Source: Anaerolineae bacterium (GTDB lineage: Bacteria > Chloroflexota > Anaerolineae > Anaerolineales > UBA6663). Taken from it: DNA of 62,986 nucleotides. Shown here piece by piece: positions 1-9,197 of this stretch (position 1 is its first letter; every line of letters begins with the position of its first letter). The notes below the pieces were generated by a model, which was not told the DNA's origin, did not search any database, and saw nothing but the letters and a program-made list of their open reading frames with translations. The stretch spans positions 1-62,986 of the forward strand of contig JBBIQY010000006.1 in the NCBI GenBank assembly GCA_037442085.1, in the 5' to 3' direction. A program made the position numbers and the translations under genes.

Positions 1-2
1 AG

Positions 3-254
3 CTCGGTCGGCACCCCGGCCGGGCCGATCGGCATGTTGGCGTGCTGGATGTCGGGGTTGAGCAGGCCGAGCAAGCTGGACAGGTCGAGCCGGTCGAGCC
101 GGTTGAGCAAGCCGAACGAGTTGAGCCGGTTGGACAGGTTGAGCAGGCCGAGCAAGCTGGACAGGTCGAGCCGGTTGGTCAAGTCGAGCAGGCTGAGCAG
201 GCTGGACAAGTCGAGCAGGCCGAGCGTGTTGAAAGGAATTCTCGAGGCGAATAA
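3..254 (+). CDS. Possible 3' end of a gene truncated by the window edge, with a low-complexity (VEQ/AEQ/AGQ/VEP)n tail
   Basis: Frame is open from base 3 to TAA at 252-254 and has the same orientation as the downstream operon. The opposite strand is also open, so the coding strand is uncertain. Confidence 0.35.
   Translation, partial: LGRHPGRADRHVGVLDVGVEQAEQAGQVEPVEPVEQAERVEPVGQVEQAEQAGQVEPVGQVEQAEQAGQVEQAERVERNSRGE
57..233. repeat. Degenerate 9-nt tandem repeat (GTYGAGCAG/GCCGAGCAA/GCTGGACAG/GTCGAGCCG) containing an exact 38-bp duplication
   Basis: gttgagcaggccgagcaagctggacaggtcgagccggt occurs at 57-94 and again at 138-175. Confidence 0.85.
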
Positions 255-354
255 CGGAAAAGAAAGGAGGTGGCCGGAAGAGGAGTACTCCATCATGCCA
301 GGCAGCCATCTGCTTCACCTTAGCTAGGCAACTCGAAAAGATTCGGAGGAGGAA

Positions 355-1599
355 ATGATGTCCGGAAAAAAGCCTTATCTGTTCATGGCTGGGCTGATGA
401 TTGCCAGCCTGATTTGGGGAGCCTGCGCCCCGGCGGCGACTCCCACCCCTGCGCCCTCTGCGCCAAAGATCACCTTAGCGATCGAACACTTCAGCGTCAT
501 TGCCGGGACAACCTGGTCGGGCGCGCATGACCGCGCCGGCAAACGGTTGGCCGAGGCCTATGACAACGTCGAATACATCTACCGGGAGAATGTCGGGCCG
601 GATCAATCCGTTCCGTTTGCGGAGGAGATGATCGCTCAGGGCGCCGATATCGTGGTCGGCAACGCCGAGTTCATGGGCATGCCGCTGAAGGACATCGCCG
701 CCAAGTACCCGGATGTGTACTTCGTCTCCATCATCGCCAGCGACCTGAGCACCGAAAAGAACTTCATCCGGTTCTTCCCGCGCCAGTATCAGGCGCTGTA
801 TCTGGAGGGCTTGATCGCCGGCGCGCTCACCCGGACGGGCAACATCGGCGTCGTCTCGGCCTTCCCGAACGTGCAGGTGCTGCGCCGCACAGCCGGCTTC
901 GTGCTGGGCGTGCAGGAGGCGGCGAAGTTGCTCAACAAGGAGGTCAATATCTACGTCAAGTATGCCGGCGACTGGTTCCTGCCGCAGGAAGAGCGCGACA
1001 TCGCCGTCACACTGGTGGATCAATACGGCGTGGACGTGCTGACCCAGCAGACCGACTCCGGCTCCACGTTGGATGTGGCGCAGGAGAAGGGCATCTGGTT
1101 CGTAGGCAAGGATATGGACATCGTCGGCGAATATGGTTGGTCGAACACCGACACGGTGGCGGTCTCCTTCGATACGCGCTGGGAAGTGGGCTACAACCTT
1201 ATCCTTCAGGAGTTCCTGAAGGGCAACAAGGCCCCGCCCACCATCCTCTACCCCGGCATGGAAACCACCATGACGCTGAAGGACGGCACGGTCATCCCGA
1301 CGGTGGATCTGATGAATAACGGCAAGGTCGGCGTGGACGCCATCAGCCCGAAGGCGCTGCCGCTCATTCCGCAGGCGATCCTTGACCTGGTCAAGCAGCG
1401 CCGTGAGCAGATGATGAAAGGCGAGTGGGATCCGTTCACCGAGCACGAGCTGGTTAGCAACGGCACGGGCCTCGAACTGAGTGGCCTGCCCATCCCTGCT
1501 GCTGGAACCGTTGTCAAACCGGCTGGTCAGGCGCCTACGATTGAATTCCTGCTCGCGCAGTTCAACTTCGATGTGCAAGGCACGACCATTCTGAAGTAA
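355..1599 (+). CDS. BMP-family ABC transporter substrate-binding lipoprotein (nucleoside/purine type)
   Basis: GGAGGAGG RBS; signal peptide ending WGAC; Pro/Thr linker; BMP-like motifs (TWSGAHDRAG, YLEGLIAGALTRTGNIGVV, GDWFLPQEE); followed by an ATPase and two permeases. Confidence 0.9.
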   Translation: MMSGKKPYLFMAGLMIASLIWGACAPAATPTPAPSAPKITLAIEHFSVIAGTTWSGAHDRAGKRLAEAYDNVEYIYRENVGPDQSVPFAEEMIAQGADIVVGNAEFMGMPLKDIAAKYPDVYFVSIIASDLSTEKNFIRFFPRQYQALYLEGLIAGALTRTGNIGVVSAFPNVQVLRRTAGFVLGVQEAAKLLNKEVNIYVKYAGDWFLPQEERDIAVTLVDQYGVDVLTQQTDSGSTLDVAQEKGIWFVGKDMDIVGEYGWSNTDTVAVSFDTRWEVGYNLILQEFLKGNKAPPTILYPGMETTMTLKDGTVIPTVDLMNNGKVGVDAISPKALPLIPQAILDLVKQRREQMMKGEWDPFTEHELVSNGTGLELSGLPIPAAGTVVKPAGQAPTIEFLLAQFNFDVQGTTILK

Positions 1600-1632
1600 C
1601 CACTGCCTTCCCGAAAGGCGTGCTGGAGAACC

Positions 1633-1675
1633 TCGGCAGGCGCGCGTAACTGGCGACAAACCGCGCGCCTGCCGA
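1633..1675 (+). terminator. Strong GC-rich hairpin after the SBP gene (partial terminator or mRNA stabiliser)
   Basis: Perfect 14-bp inverted repeat tcggcaggcgcgcg (1633-1646) / cgcgcgcctgccga (1662-1675), with no adjacent U-tract. Confidence 0.6.
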
Positions 1676-1731
1676 CGACCAACCCTGACCGGCATTTTTG
1701 CGCCCGCGGCAAAACGGTAAAACTCAAATTT

Positions 1732-3276
1732 ATGACCGCCGAAGTCAAACATGGCGACATCGTTCTGGAAGCGCGCGGCATCACCAAGCGCTACCCCGGG
1801 CTGATTGCGAACGATCGGGTGGATTTCGAAATTCGGGCGGGTGAAATTCATGCCATCCTCGGCGAAAACGGCGCCGGTAAAACCACCCTGATGAATATCC
1901 TCTTTGGGTTGACACAGCCCGATGAAGGCGAGATTTACGTCTTCGGCAAAAAGGTCAATTTCAGGTCCCCGCTGGACGCGATCGAGCTGGGGATCGGGAT
2001 GGTGCATCAAAGCCGCAAACTGGTCGCGGCGCATACCGTGCTGGAAAACATCCTGCTGGGACACCCCAAAGTCGGCCTCTTCCCGGACTTCAAAACGGCA
2101 GCGGAGAAAGTGGCCCGGTTATGCGATCACTACGAATACAAACTCAATCTGAACGATAAGGTCTGGCATCTCTCGGAGGGGGAAAAGCAAATGGTGGAAA
2201 TTTTGAAAGCCCTCTACCGGGGCGCCAAAATCCTCATCCTCGATGAACCGACCTCGTCTCTGGCCCCTCCCGAAACGAAAAAGCTGCTGGAGACGATCCA
2301 GATCATGACCAGGGACGAACTCGCCATCGTTCCTTTCATCACGCATAAGCTCCCCGTAGTGCTGTCCGTCAGTCAGCGGGTAACGGTGCTGCGGCGCGGC
2401 AGGGTGGTGGCCCGATTGGCGACCTCCGCGGCGACGGAACAAAATCTGGCGGTCGAAATGATCGGCCGGGAAGTGATGTTCGATTTGGAACGCGTGCAGG
2501 TTGAGCGCGGCAGACCGGTTTTGGAAGTGCAGCATCTTTCGGTTTACGACGCGAAAGGCACGCAGGCAGTCCGGGATGTGTCGTTCGATGTGCATGCGGG
2601 AGAAATCTTTGGCATTGCCGGTGTTTCGGGGAACGGACAGCAGGCGCTGGCGGAGGCGCTGGCGGGTCTGCGCAAGGCGGCAGCAGGCAGCGTCCTGCTC
2701 GAGGGAAACGACATCACCCGCCTCCCGACCCTGGAACGTTGGAAGAGCGGGGTCGGCTACATCCCCTCCGAACAAAGGGCGGTGGGTTCGATCGGCGATT
2801 TTTCGCTGGTCGAAAATATCCTGATGAGTTACTACTATGACGATGAATTTTGCCGACGGGGAATCGTGGACGAAAAAAAGATCCGCGCCCGCACGGAAGA
2901 GCTCATCGCCGAATATGGCATCGTCACGCCGAGCGCGGACGTGAACGCAAAGAACCTTTCGGGCGGAAACCTGCAAAAGCTGATTCTGGCGCGCGTCTTT
3001 TCGCGCCAGCCGCGCCTGATCATCGCTAACCTGCCCACGCAGGGACTGGATGTGGGCGCGACCGAATTCGTGCAGAACAAATTGCTGGAAGCGAAAAAGG
3101 CCGGGGCGGCGATCCTGCTCATTTCGGAGGACCTGGACGAGGTCCTGGCGTTGAGCGACCGCATCGCGCCGATGTACGAGGGACAGTTTATGGACATCTT
3201 GCCCGGCGGTGAAGCGGAGCGGGAGATCGTCGGCGCGCTGATGGCCGGCATCAGGCAAAAGGCGGCAGAGCAATGA
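1732..3276 (+). CDS. ABC transporter ATP-binding protein with tandem NBDs (CUT2 / nucleoside type)
   Basis: Walker A GENGAGKT, ILILDEPT, second-domain signature LSGGNLQK, PTQGLDVGA. Confidence 0.95.
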   Translation: MTAEVKHGDIVLEARGITKRYPGLIANDRVDFEIRAGEIHAILGENGAGKTTLMNILFGLTQPDEGEIYVFGKKVNFRSPLDAIELGIGMVHQSRKLVAAHTVLENILLGHPKVGLFPDFKTAAEKVARLCDHYEYKLNLNDKVWHLSEGEKQMVEILKALYRGAKILILDEPTSSLAPPETKKLLETIQIMTRDELAIVPFITHKLPVVLSVSQRVTVLRRGRVVARLATSAATEQNLAVEMIGREVMFDLERVQVERGRPVLEVQHLSVYDAKGTQAVRDVSFDVHAGEIFGIAGVSGNGQQALAEALAGLRKAAAGSVLLEGNDITRLPTLERWKSGVGYIPSEQRAVGSIGDFSLVENILMSYYYDDEFCRRGIVDEKKIRARTEELIAEYGIVTPSADVNAKNLSGGNLQKLILARVFSRQPRLIIANLPTQGLDVGATEFVQNKLLEAKKAGAAILLISEDLDEVLALSDRIAPMYEGQFMDILPGGEAEREIVGALMAGIRQKAAEQ

Positions 3277-4376
3277 ACCTTGCGGGTTACGAAATCCGAC
3301 TCGAGAAAAAGATAAGTTTCAGCAGCCTGGAGGCGGCGGCCATTTCAATCATCGCCGTTCTGGTAGCGCTGTTTCTGGTCGGTCTCATCTTTTTGCAGGC
3401 CGGGGTGGATCCCGCCCAGGGCTATGCGGAAATTTTCTCTTACGCCTTTATCAACCCCTTTGGTTTGCCTCTCACCATCAACCGCGCCATTTTCCTGATG
3501 CTTTGCACTTTTGCCTTCATCCTGCCCATGCGCGCCGGCTTATGGAACATCGGCATGGCGGGACAACTCTACGTGGGCGCGCTGGCGGCGTTCGGGGTGG
3601 CGTATGCCTTCGGGGCGCGCACCAATCCCGACGTGCCGGCGGGTATCGTCCTGCCGCTGATGATCCTGGCAGCGATGGCGGGCGGCGGGTTGATGGGCTT
3701 CCTGCCCGGCCTGCTCAAAGGTAAATTCAACACCAGCGAAATCGTCGTGACCATGATGCTGAATTTCATCGCCTTCTGGGTGACGGCGCACATGATCAAG
3801 GAAGGCGGCCCGTTCATGGGCTCCGGCGGCGAAGGCGAAGGATACAAACTTCCCGCTGCCCTGCAGCCGGGGTCATTTTTGGGGTTGCCGTTTACCCTTT
3901 GGTTTGCAATCGGGCTGGCGGTTTTGCTTCAATTTGTCTTCGCCAAAACCCGCCTCGGGTATGAGATTCGGGCGTTTGGCGCCAGCCCGGCCGCGGCGCG
4001 CTATGCCGGGATGGACCCCTTCAGGATTTCCGTGCTGGTGTTTGTCGTCGGCGGCATTATCTCCGGGCTGGCGGGCTACCATTACTTTGCCGTCGTGCCG
4101 GGCTTGTACAAAATCCCCAAAAATTACGGCGACTTCGGCGACCTGGCGTTTTATGGAATGATCTGCGGTCTAATTTCGCAGGGCAATCCGCTGGCCTCTA
4201 TTCCGCTCGCCGTGTTGTTCGGCGGGTTGACCAGCGGCGGACGCTTCGTGCAGGGAAAACTGCAACTGGGCTTCGGCATTGATTACGCCATGCTGGGTGT
4301 GCTGATGATCATCCTGGTGGCGTTTCAGTTCTTCTTCCGTTACAGGATCGTCCTCAAAAAAGCGAAGGAGGCGTAG
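3273..4376 (+). CDS. ABC transporter permease (BPD_transp_2 type)
   Basis: Multi-TM; RAGLWNIGMAGQ, SEIVVTMMLNFIA, TRLGYEIRAFG motifs; ATGA overlap with the ATPase. Confidence 0.92.
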   Translation: MNLAGYEIRLEKKISFSSLEAAAISIIAVLVALFLVGLIFLQAGVDPAQGYAEIFSYAFINPFGLPLTINRAIFLMLCTFAFILPMRAGLWNIGMAGQLYVGALAAFGVAYAFGARTNPDVPAGIVLPLMILAAMAGGGLMGFLPGLLKGKFNTSEIVVTMMLNFIAFWVTAHMIKEGGPFMGSGGEGEGYKLPAALQPGSFLGLPFTLWFAIGLAVLLQFVFAKTRLGYEIRAFGASPAAARYAGMDPFRISVLVFVVGGIISGLAGYHYFAVVPGLYKIPKNYGDFGDLAFYGMICGLISQGNPLASIPLAVLFGGLTSGGRFVQGKLQLGFGIDYAMLGVLMIILVAFQFFFRYRIVLKKAKEA

Positions 4377-4377
4377 C

Positions 4378-5250
4378 ATGTGGGAATTCTGGGTGCGAAG
4401 CCTGAACGCTTCGACGATTTTTACCGTCGCCGCGCTGGGCGAGATCATCGGTCAGCGCGCCGGCATCCTCAACGTGGGCGTGGAAGGCGCCATGCTCTTC
4501 GGCGCCACCATCAGTTTTATGGTCGCCAAAATCACGGGCGATTACCTGCTGGGATTTCTGGCGGGCATCGCCGTCGGCGCCTTGATTGGGCTGCTGCATG
4601 CCTTCTTCTCGGTCACGCTCGGCGGTGACCAGGTGGTCAACGGCATGGGCATCTGGATTCTCGGCTTTGGCCTGACCGCCTATCTCGGCTATCCGTTCAC
4701 GGGGCCGCTCGGACTGCCGCGCATCCCCGCCATTGGTGGACTTTCGCCGTTCTTCTTCGTTTCGCTGGCGCTGGCGGCGGGCATCTGGTTTTTCCTGTTC
4801 AAAACGCATCCCGGCTTGAAACTGCGCTCGGTGGGCGAGAATCCCTCGGTGGCAGAGGTTTCGGGCATCAACGTCGTCCGCACGCGTTACACCAGCGTGA
4901 TATTCAGCGGGGCATTGATGGGACTGGCCGGTTCGATCTACGCCCTGGATTACAATCCCGTCTGGAATTACAACTTCCTGATGGGCTGGGGTTTTATTGC
5001 CCTGGCGCTGGTCTTCTTCTCCATGTGGAAACCCTTCCTGCTGGTAGGCGGCTCCATTCTGTTCGGCGCGTTGTGGCAGGTTTCGCTCAACCCCGAAGCG
5101 TTCCAGTCGAATGTCTTCTCCCGCTATATCTGGAGGGCCTTCCCCTTTGGCATCACCATCCTCGTCCTGGTTCTGATGTCCACGAAATGGTTCAGTTCTC
5201 GCTGGGGCGCTGCCAAGCCCGAAGCGCTCGGTTTGCCTTATGAAAAATAA
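4378..5250 (+). CDS. ABC transporter permease (second subunit)
   Basis: AALGEIIGQRAGILNVGVEGAM, DQVVNG, GLKLRSVGENP, GWGFIALA motifs. Confidence 0.92.
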   Translation: MWEFWVRSLNASTIFTVAALGEIIGQRAGILNVGVEGAMLFGATISFMVAKITGDYLLGFLAGIAVGALIGLLHAFFSVTLGGDQVVNGMGIWILGFGLTAYLGYPFTGPLGLPRIPAIGGLSPFFFVSLALAAGIWFFLFKTHPGLKLRSVGENPSVAEVSGINVVRTRYTSVIFSGALMGLAGSIYALDYNPVWNYNFLMGWGFIALALVFFSMWKPFLLVGGSILFGALWQVSLNPEAFQSNVFSRYIWRAFPFGITILVLVLMSTKWFSSRWGAAKPEALGLPYEK

Positions 5251-5293
5251 TTGTGGCCAATCTGGTCAGCCACTTGTCTTGCGCCACCCTCAG

Positions 5294-5425
5294 TTACACG
5301 TTGACGGCATGACTCCGATAGCCGTCCAGGACGAGCTTGGCTTTGAGGCCGGCAGCCCCGGCCAGCAACACGGCTAACACCGTCGTGACCGGCACGATCT
5401 GCTGGTTCAAGACTCGGGCTTGCAT
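5294..5425 (-). CDS. 43-aa small ORF or gene remnant (MQARVLNQQIVPVTTVLAVLLAGAAGLKAKLVLDGYRSHAVNV)
   Basis: Not in the ORF track. AGGAG RBS lies 6 nt before the ATG; hydrophobic signal-like core; last unit of the minus-strand array. Confidence 0.45.
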   Translation of the reverse strand: MQARVLNQQIVPVTTVLAVLLAGAAGLKAKLVLDGYRSHAVNV

Positions 5426-5478
5426 CGGTCACTCCTGTCTTCTCAAGCTGATTGCGAGAGTTTAGCGCCGGCGGCGCT

Positions 5479-5895
5479 TCAGCGGGCTATGGACTTCGGG
5501 CGGCAACGGGCTTCGTGCCGGCTCCGCAACCCCCACACGGCGAAGGCAAACCAGAGACAACACAGCGCAAGGTACGGGAGGTGCCCCGCCGCCGGCAAGC
5601 CTACGGCCTCCCACACTTCCTTCACCGCCAGGCTGAACGGGCCCAGCAAGGCCAGCGGCGTGGCCACCCAGCCCAGCAGATAGGTGCGGACGATCTCGGC
5701 CGGGCTCAACGGCTCGCGTGACAAGAGCCGATAGGAGAAGCCCGGGCCGGTGTGCGGTAAGAACTGCACCCGCAAGCGGGCCAGCGGCCAGACCGGCAGA
5801 TACAGAAACGTGAACCACTTCGTCGCGGTCGCCACGTTGTCATCATCCTGTGCGCTCACCCCGAGCAGCGTCGTGCCAATCCCATTGACTTGCAT
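5479..5895 (-). CDS. Hypothetical membrane protein (138 aa)
   Basis: Start moved to the ATG at 5895 (MQVNGIGTTLLG) to avoid overlap with DUF4242; TKWFTFLYLPVWP segment and two C-terminal hydrophobic helices. Confidence 0.7.
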   Translation of the reverse strand: MQVNGIGTTLLGVSAQDDDNVATATKWFTFLYLPVWPLARLRVQFLPHTGPGFSYRLLSREPLSPAEIVRTYLLGWVATPLALLGPFSLAVKEVWEAVGLPAAGHLPYLALCCLWFAFAVWGLRSRHEARCRPKSIAR

Positions 5896-5905
5896 GGCGG
5901 GAGGG

Positions 5906-6178
5906 TCAGTGCAGCGAGTAGGGGTCGAGCACGCGCACCTCGGTGATGCGGTCCACGGGCAGCCGGTTGCGTTGCGCGGCGCGGCGCACGGCCTCCGGCG
6001 AGGGCGCGTCACAGATACAGTACATCCGCCGCCGGTCAGCCGAGACGTACGAATGAATCCACGTCACCCCGTCGAGCGCGTCGTTGCCGAGGACGGTCTG
6101 CACCCAACGCGCTCTCTTCTCATTGACCGGGACGTTCAACTGCTCGGCGAATGTTTGCTCGACGAGGTAACGCGGCAT
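5906..6178 (-). CDS. DUF4242 family protein (SCO4226-like putative metal-binding protein)
   Basis: MPRYLVE..., GVTWIHSYVS, MYCICDAPSPEAVRRAA, LPVDRITEV signature. Confidence 0.85.
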   Translation of the reverse strand: MPRYLVEQTFAEQLNVPVNEKRARWVQTVLGNDALDGVTWIHSYVSADRRRMYCICDAPSPEAVRRAAQRNRLPVDRITEVRVLDPYSLH

Positions 6179-6195
6179 CGCTCTGGTCTCCAGCC

Positions 6196-7821
6196 TCAGC
6201 GGATGATCAACGGCAGGTACAGCCGGACGGCTTCCTCGGCGCCGACGTACAGCTCATAGACTTCGTCCACATCCCCGTCGGCGACGTACACGACTTGCTG
6301 GCCGCTGGGGCTGAGGAGGAAGTCGCTGATCACCGAGCCGCCATTCACCAGCGGGCCGCTGACCGGCGTGACCGGGCCGCCCGCCAGTGGGACGCTGAAG
6401 ACCTCCCGGACATTCACCGAGTTCTGAAACGCGGCGTACACCAGCCGGCTGCTGTCCGGCGTGGGGAGGAACTGGTCCACGTACCCGCCGGTTGTCAGCG
6501 TCCCGTTCAGCCTGATGTTGGCGCCGCCGGCCAGGGGCACACGGTAGAGGTCGAAGACCTCGTCCGTGTCCAGGTCGGCGCGGAAGACGACGTGCATGCC
6601 ATCCGGGGTGATGAGCGTGCCATAGGCATCCACGTCGCGGCCAGGGGCCAGCGGCGCGTTGAGCTTGAGCACGGCCCCGCCGGCGATCGGGACCCGGTAC
6701 AGCTCGTACTGATCGTCCGTCTGCTGATCGGCGATGTATGCCACATAGCTGCTATCCGGGCTGATGACGAAGTCGTTGGGCCACACATCGCCCCCCGCGA
6801 CCAGCGCGCCGTTGAGTTTGACGACCGCGCCCCCGCCGACCGGCACGCTGTACAGTTCGAACATGTCGTCGGCGGCCTGATCGGCCACATACACGACGCG
6901 GCTGCCGTCCGGGCTGAGGCGCGCGTTCGAGACCTCTCGCCCCGCGACCAGCGGCGTGTTGAGCTTGACCTGCGTCGAGCTGATGATCGAGCTGCTGTAC
7001 AGTTCCACGACCGTGGAAATGGTGGCTGTGGCCAGGAACACCACTCGACTACTGTCCGGCGTGATTTCGAGCGTCGAGATGACCGCCCCGCCGATCGGGA
7101 GCACGTTGTTGAGCCGGGTGAAGCCGCCGCCGGCGATGGGCACGCTGAACAGTTCGAAACGGCTGTTCGCGGCTTGATCGGCCCGGTAGAGCACCCGCTG
7201 GCTGTCCGGGCTGATGAGGTACTCATAGATGTTGCCGCCGACCGCCAGCGCGCCGTTGAGTTTGACGGCCGCGCCGCCGGCGATGGGCACGCTGAACAGT
7301 TCTCCACGGTTGTCGGTGATCTGATCCGCCAGGTACACGACCCAGTTGCCGTCCGGGCTGATTTCGAAGCGCTCCACATCCCCGTTCGACACCAGCGGTG
7401 GGTTGAGCTTGGTGATGGCGCCGCCGGTGATGGGCACGCTGTAGAGTTCCACCACGCCGGTACTGTCCTGCGCGGCAGTGTACACCACGCGCTGGCTGTT
7501 GGGCGCGATCCGGAACTGCTCGACGCGCGCGCCGGCGGGCAGCAGTCCGCTCAGACGCAGCGGGGGCGCGGCGCCCGTGATGGGCGCGACCCACAATTCC
7601 TCTGCGCCGTCGGTGACCGCATCCGCCACATACACCACGGATTGCCCATCCGGGCTGATGGCCGGGCCGCGCAACCCGAACACAACATCGCCCGAGGCTG
7701 ACACAACGCCGCTGAGTTTGCGCACGACCGTCACGGCGGAGGCGGGCTGCGGCTGCGCGCTGAGCACGGCCAGGCCGAACACGACCAGGACGCGCCAGAT
7801 TACAGAAGGTCGCGTTTTCAT
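6196..7821 (-). CDS. Secreted TolB/PD40-like beta-propeller repeat protein with C-terminal LYLPLIIR motif
   Basis: Signal peptide; ten ~49-51 aa repeats ISPDxxxVVYxADxxxDxxxELYSVPxxGGxxxKLN; ends VRLYLPLIIR. Confidence 0.85.
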   Translation of the reverse strand: MKTRPSVIWRVLVVFGLAVLSAQPQPASAVTVVRKLSGVVSASGDVVFGLRGPAISPDGQSVVYVADAVTDGAEELWVAPITGAAPPLRLSGLLPAGARVEQFRIAPNSQRVVYTAAQDSTGVVELYSVPITGGAITKLNPPLVSNGDVERFEISPDGNWVVYLADQITDNRGELFSVPIAGGAAVKLNGALAVGGNIYEYLISPDSQRVLYRADQAANSRFELFSVPIAGGGFTRLNNVLPIGGAVISTLEITPDSSRVVFLATATISTVVELYSSSIISSTQVKLNTPLVAGREVSNARLSPDGSRVVYVADQAADDMFELYSVPVGGGAVVKLNGALVAGGDVWPNDFVISPDSSYVAYIADQQTDDQYELYRVPIAGGAVLKLNAPLAPGRDVDAYGTLITPDGMHVVFRADLDTDEVFDLYRVPLAGGANIRLNGTLTTGGYVDQFLPTPDSSRLVYAAFQNSVNVREVFSVPLAGGPVTPVSGPLVNGGSVISDFLLSPSGQQVVYVADGDVDEVYELYVGAEEAVRLYLPLIIR

Positions 7822-9158
7822 GGCCGTGGCTTGTTCAGCGCCGACTGCGCCGCCGAGGCAAGCTGTCCGCTGGCCATCGGCTTCGACCCGGCGATCTCGG
7901 GCCGGGTGACTTTTTCACAGCGCGACTGCGGCTCCTCGATGCTGTTCGGGTCAATCAGGCTGAGCATCAAATCCTTGGTGGAGTCATCCAGCCCATCGAG
8001 CACATCGGCGGCGCGCTCGAAGAAGCGGCGCACCCCGTAATCGTTGCTGCCGACCTGCCATTCGGTGGAGTAACCCTTTGACGGGTTGGCCTGAAAGACC
8101 TTCAACACATCCCAGATGGTGAGCTTGGGATTCTCCGGGCAGTTCAGGCCGGCGGTTTCCACTTTCTCCGGGTGAGGATCGGAATCCAGCCGGGTGTTTT
8201 TCGTGCCGAAACGACGGGCGTAGAGCGCGCGGCTGGTGAGCAGGCACAGCGCGCGGAAGACGCCGGTATCGTTCTGCTCGACCTCATCCACTGTGTCGAG
8301 ATGCAGGTCGTGGACGAGCGCGTAGCGGCTGTAAGGGAGTTGCCGGGTACGCGTGCTATTCGGTTCGTCGCCCCACAGCTCGCGCAGCAGTTCCCACGAC
8401 GCATATTCGGCGAAGCCCTCGTGAAAGGCGATGGGCCGGCGCTCTGCCTGGGCGTGCGTGTTCAGGTCGGGCGGGCAGAAGACCGCGCCGAACCAGTTGG
8501 CCGTGCCGTGGTTGTGGTCGTAGTTCCACAGGTGCATGAACTCGTGGATCAGCACCTGCACGCTCCACAGGTCTTTTTTGCTGGTGGTGTGCATGTACAC
8601 CGAGCGGGTCAGGCCGTTGGCGTAGCACAGGCCGCTGACCACGTTGGCCGGGTAGATGACCTTGACCTTGCCCTTGAAATCGAAATACGGGTCTTTGTCC
8701 TGGAAGGTGTTGATCAGCTTCTTGCATACGTACCAGGCGATGGCGCGGCGGCGGTTGTCGCGGTCGCCCAGTTCGCCGCTTGCCCCGGCCTTGAAAGTGC
8801 GCGTGCCGATGTTGATGTTCGGGCCTTCCACTTCTTTGGCGTGCTCGAAGACCTCGATGGCCGGGCTGACGAAGTCGGCGACGTTGGCCAGCGCGCCGGT
8901 GTTGATCTCCAGCTCGCTATCGGCGAAGCGGACTTTGACCTTGATCTTGCGCTTGCTTTGGTCCTTCTCCTTGCGCAGCGTGAAGTAGCCATCCGAGTTC
9001 GTGCGCACCGTCCCCCACGAGTCGTACGCGCCGAAGTTGGAGCCGCTGACTTCGACCTCGACATTGGCGAGCGCGCGGGTCATGGTCTGGCCGCTGCCAT
9101 TGACCTCGTTCTCTTCCAGCAGGATGCGGCCGGTGATTTCCCAGGTGACCTTCGACAT
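7818..9158 (-). CDS. Putative gluzincin-type zinc metalloprotease, uncharacterised
   Basis: LIHEFMHLW plus downstream FHEGFAEY; N-terminal beta-rich module (TNSDGYFTL); AGGAG RBS before the ATG at 9158; ATGA overlap with the propeller gene. Confidence 0.75.
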   Translation of the reverse strand: MSKVTWEITGRILLEENEVNGSGQTMTRALANVEVEVSGSNFGAYDSWGTVRTNSDGYFTLRKEKDQSKRKIKVKVRFADSELEINTGALANVADFVSPAIEVFEHAKEVEGPNINIGTRTFKAGASGELGDRDNRRRAIAWYVCKKLINTFQDKDPYFDFKGKVKVIYPANVVSGLCYANGLTRSVYMHTTSKKDLWSVQVLIHEFMHLWNYDHNHGTANWFGAVFCPPDLNTHAQAERRPIAFHEGFAEYASWELLRELWGDEPNSTRTRQLPYSRYALVHDLHLDTVDEVEQNDTGVFRALCLLTSRALYARRFGTKNTRLDSDPHPEKVETAGLNCPENPKLTIWDVLKVFQANPSKGYSTEWQVGSNDYGVRRFFERAADVLDGLDDSTKDLMLSLIDPNSIEEPQSRCEKVTRPEIAGSKPMASGQLASAAQSALNKPRP

Positions 9159-9197
9159 GTTGATTCTCCTTTGGTCGGCCAACAACATCGTTAGCCG

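Noticed and set aside
6230-7660. Regularly spaced ~150-bp DNA repeats resembling a CRISPR or other array
   Set aside because: They are the degenerate codons of the propeller blades inside one ORF; there are no identical repeats with unique spacers and no cas genes.
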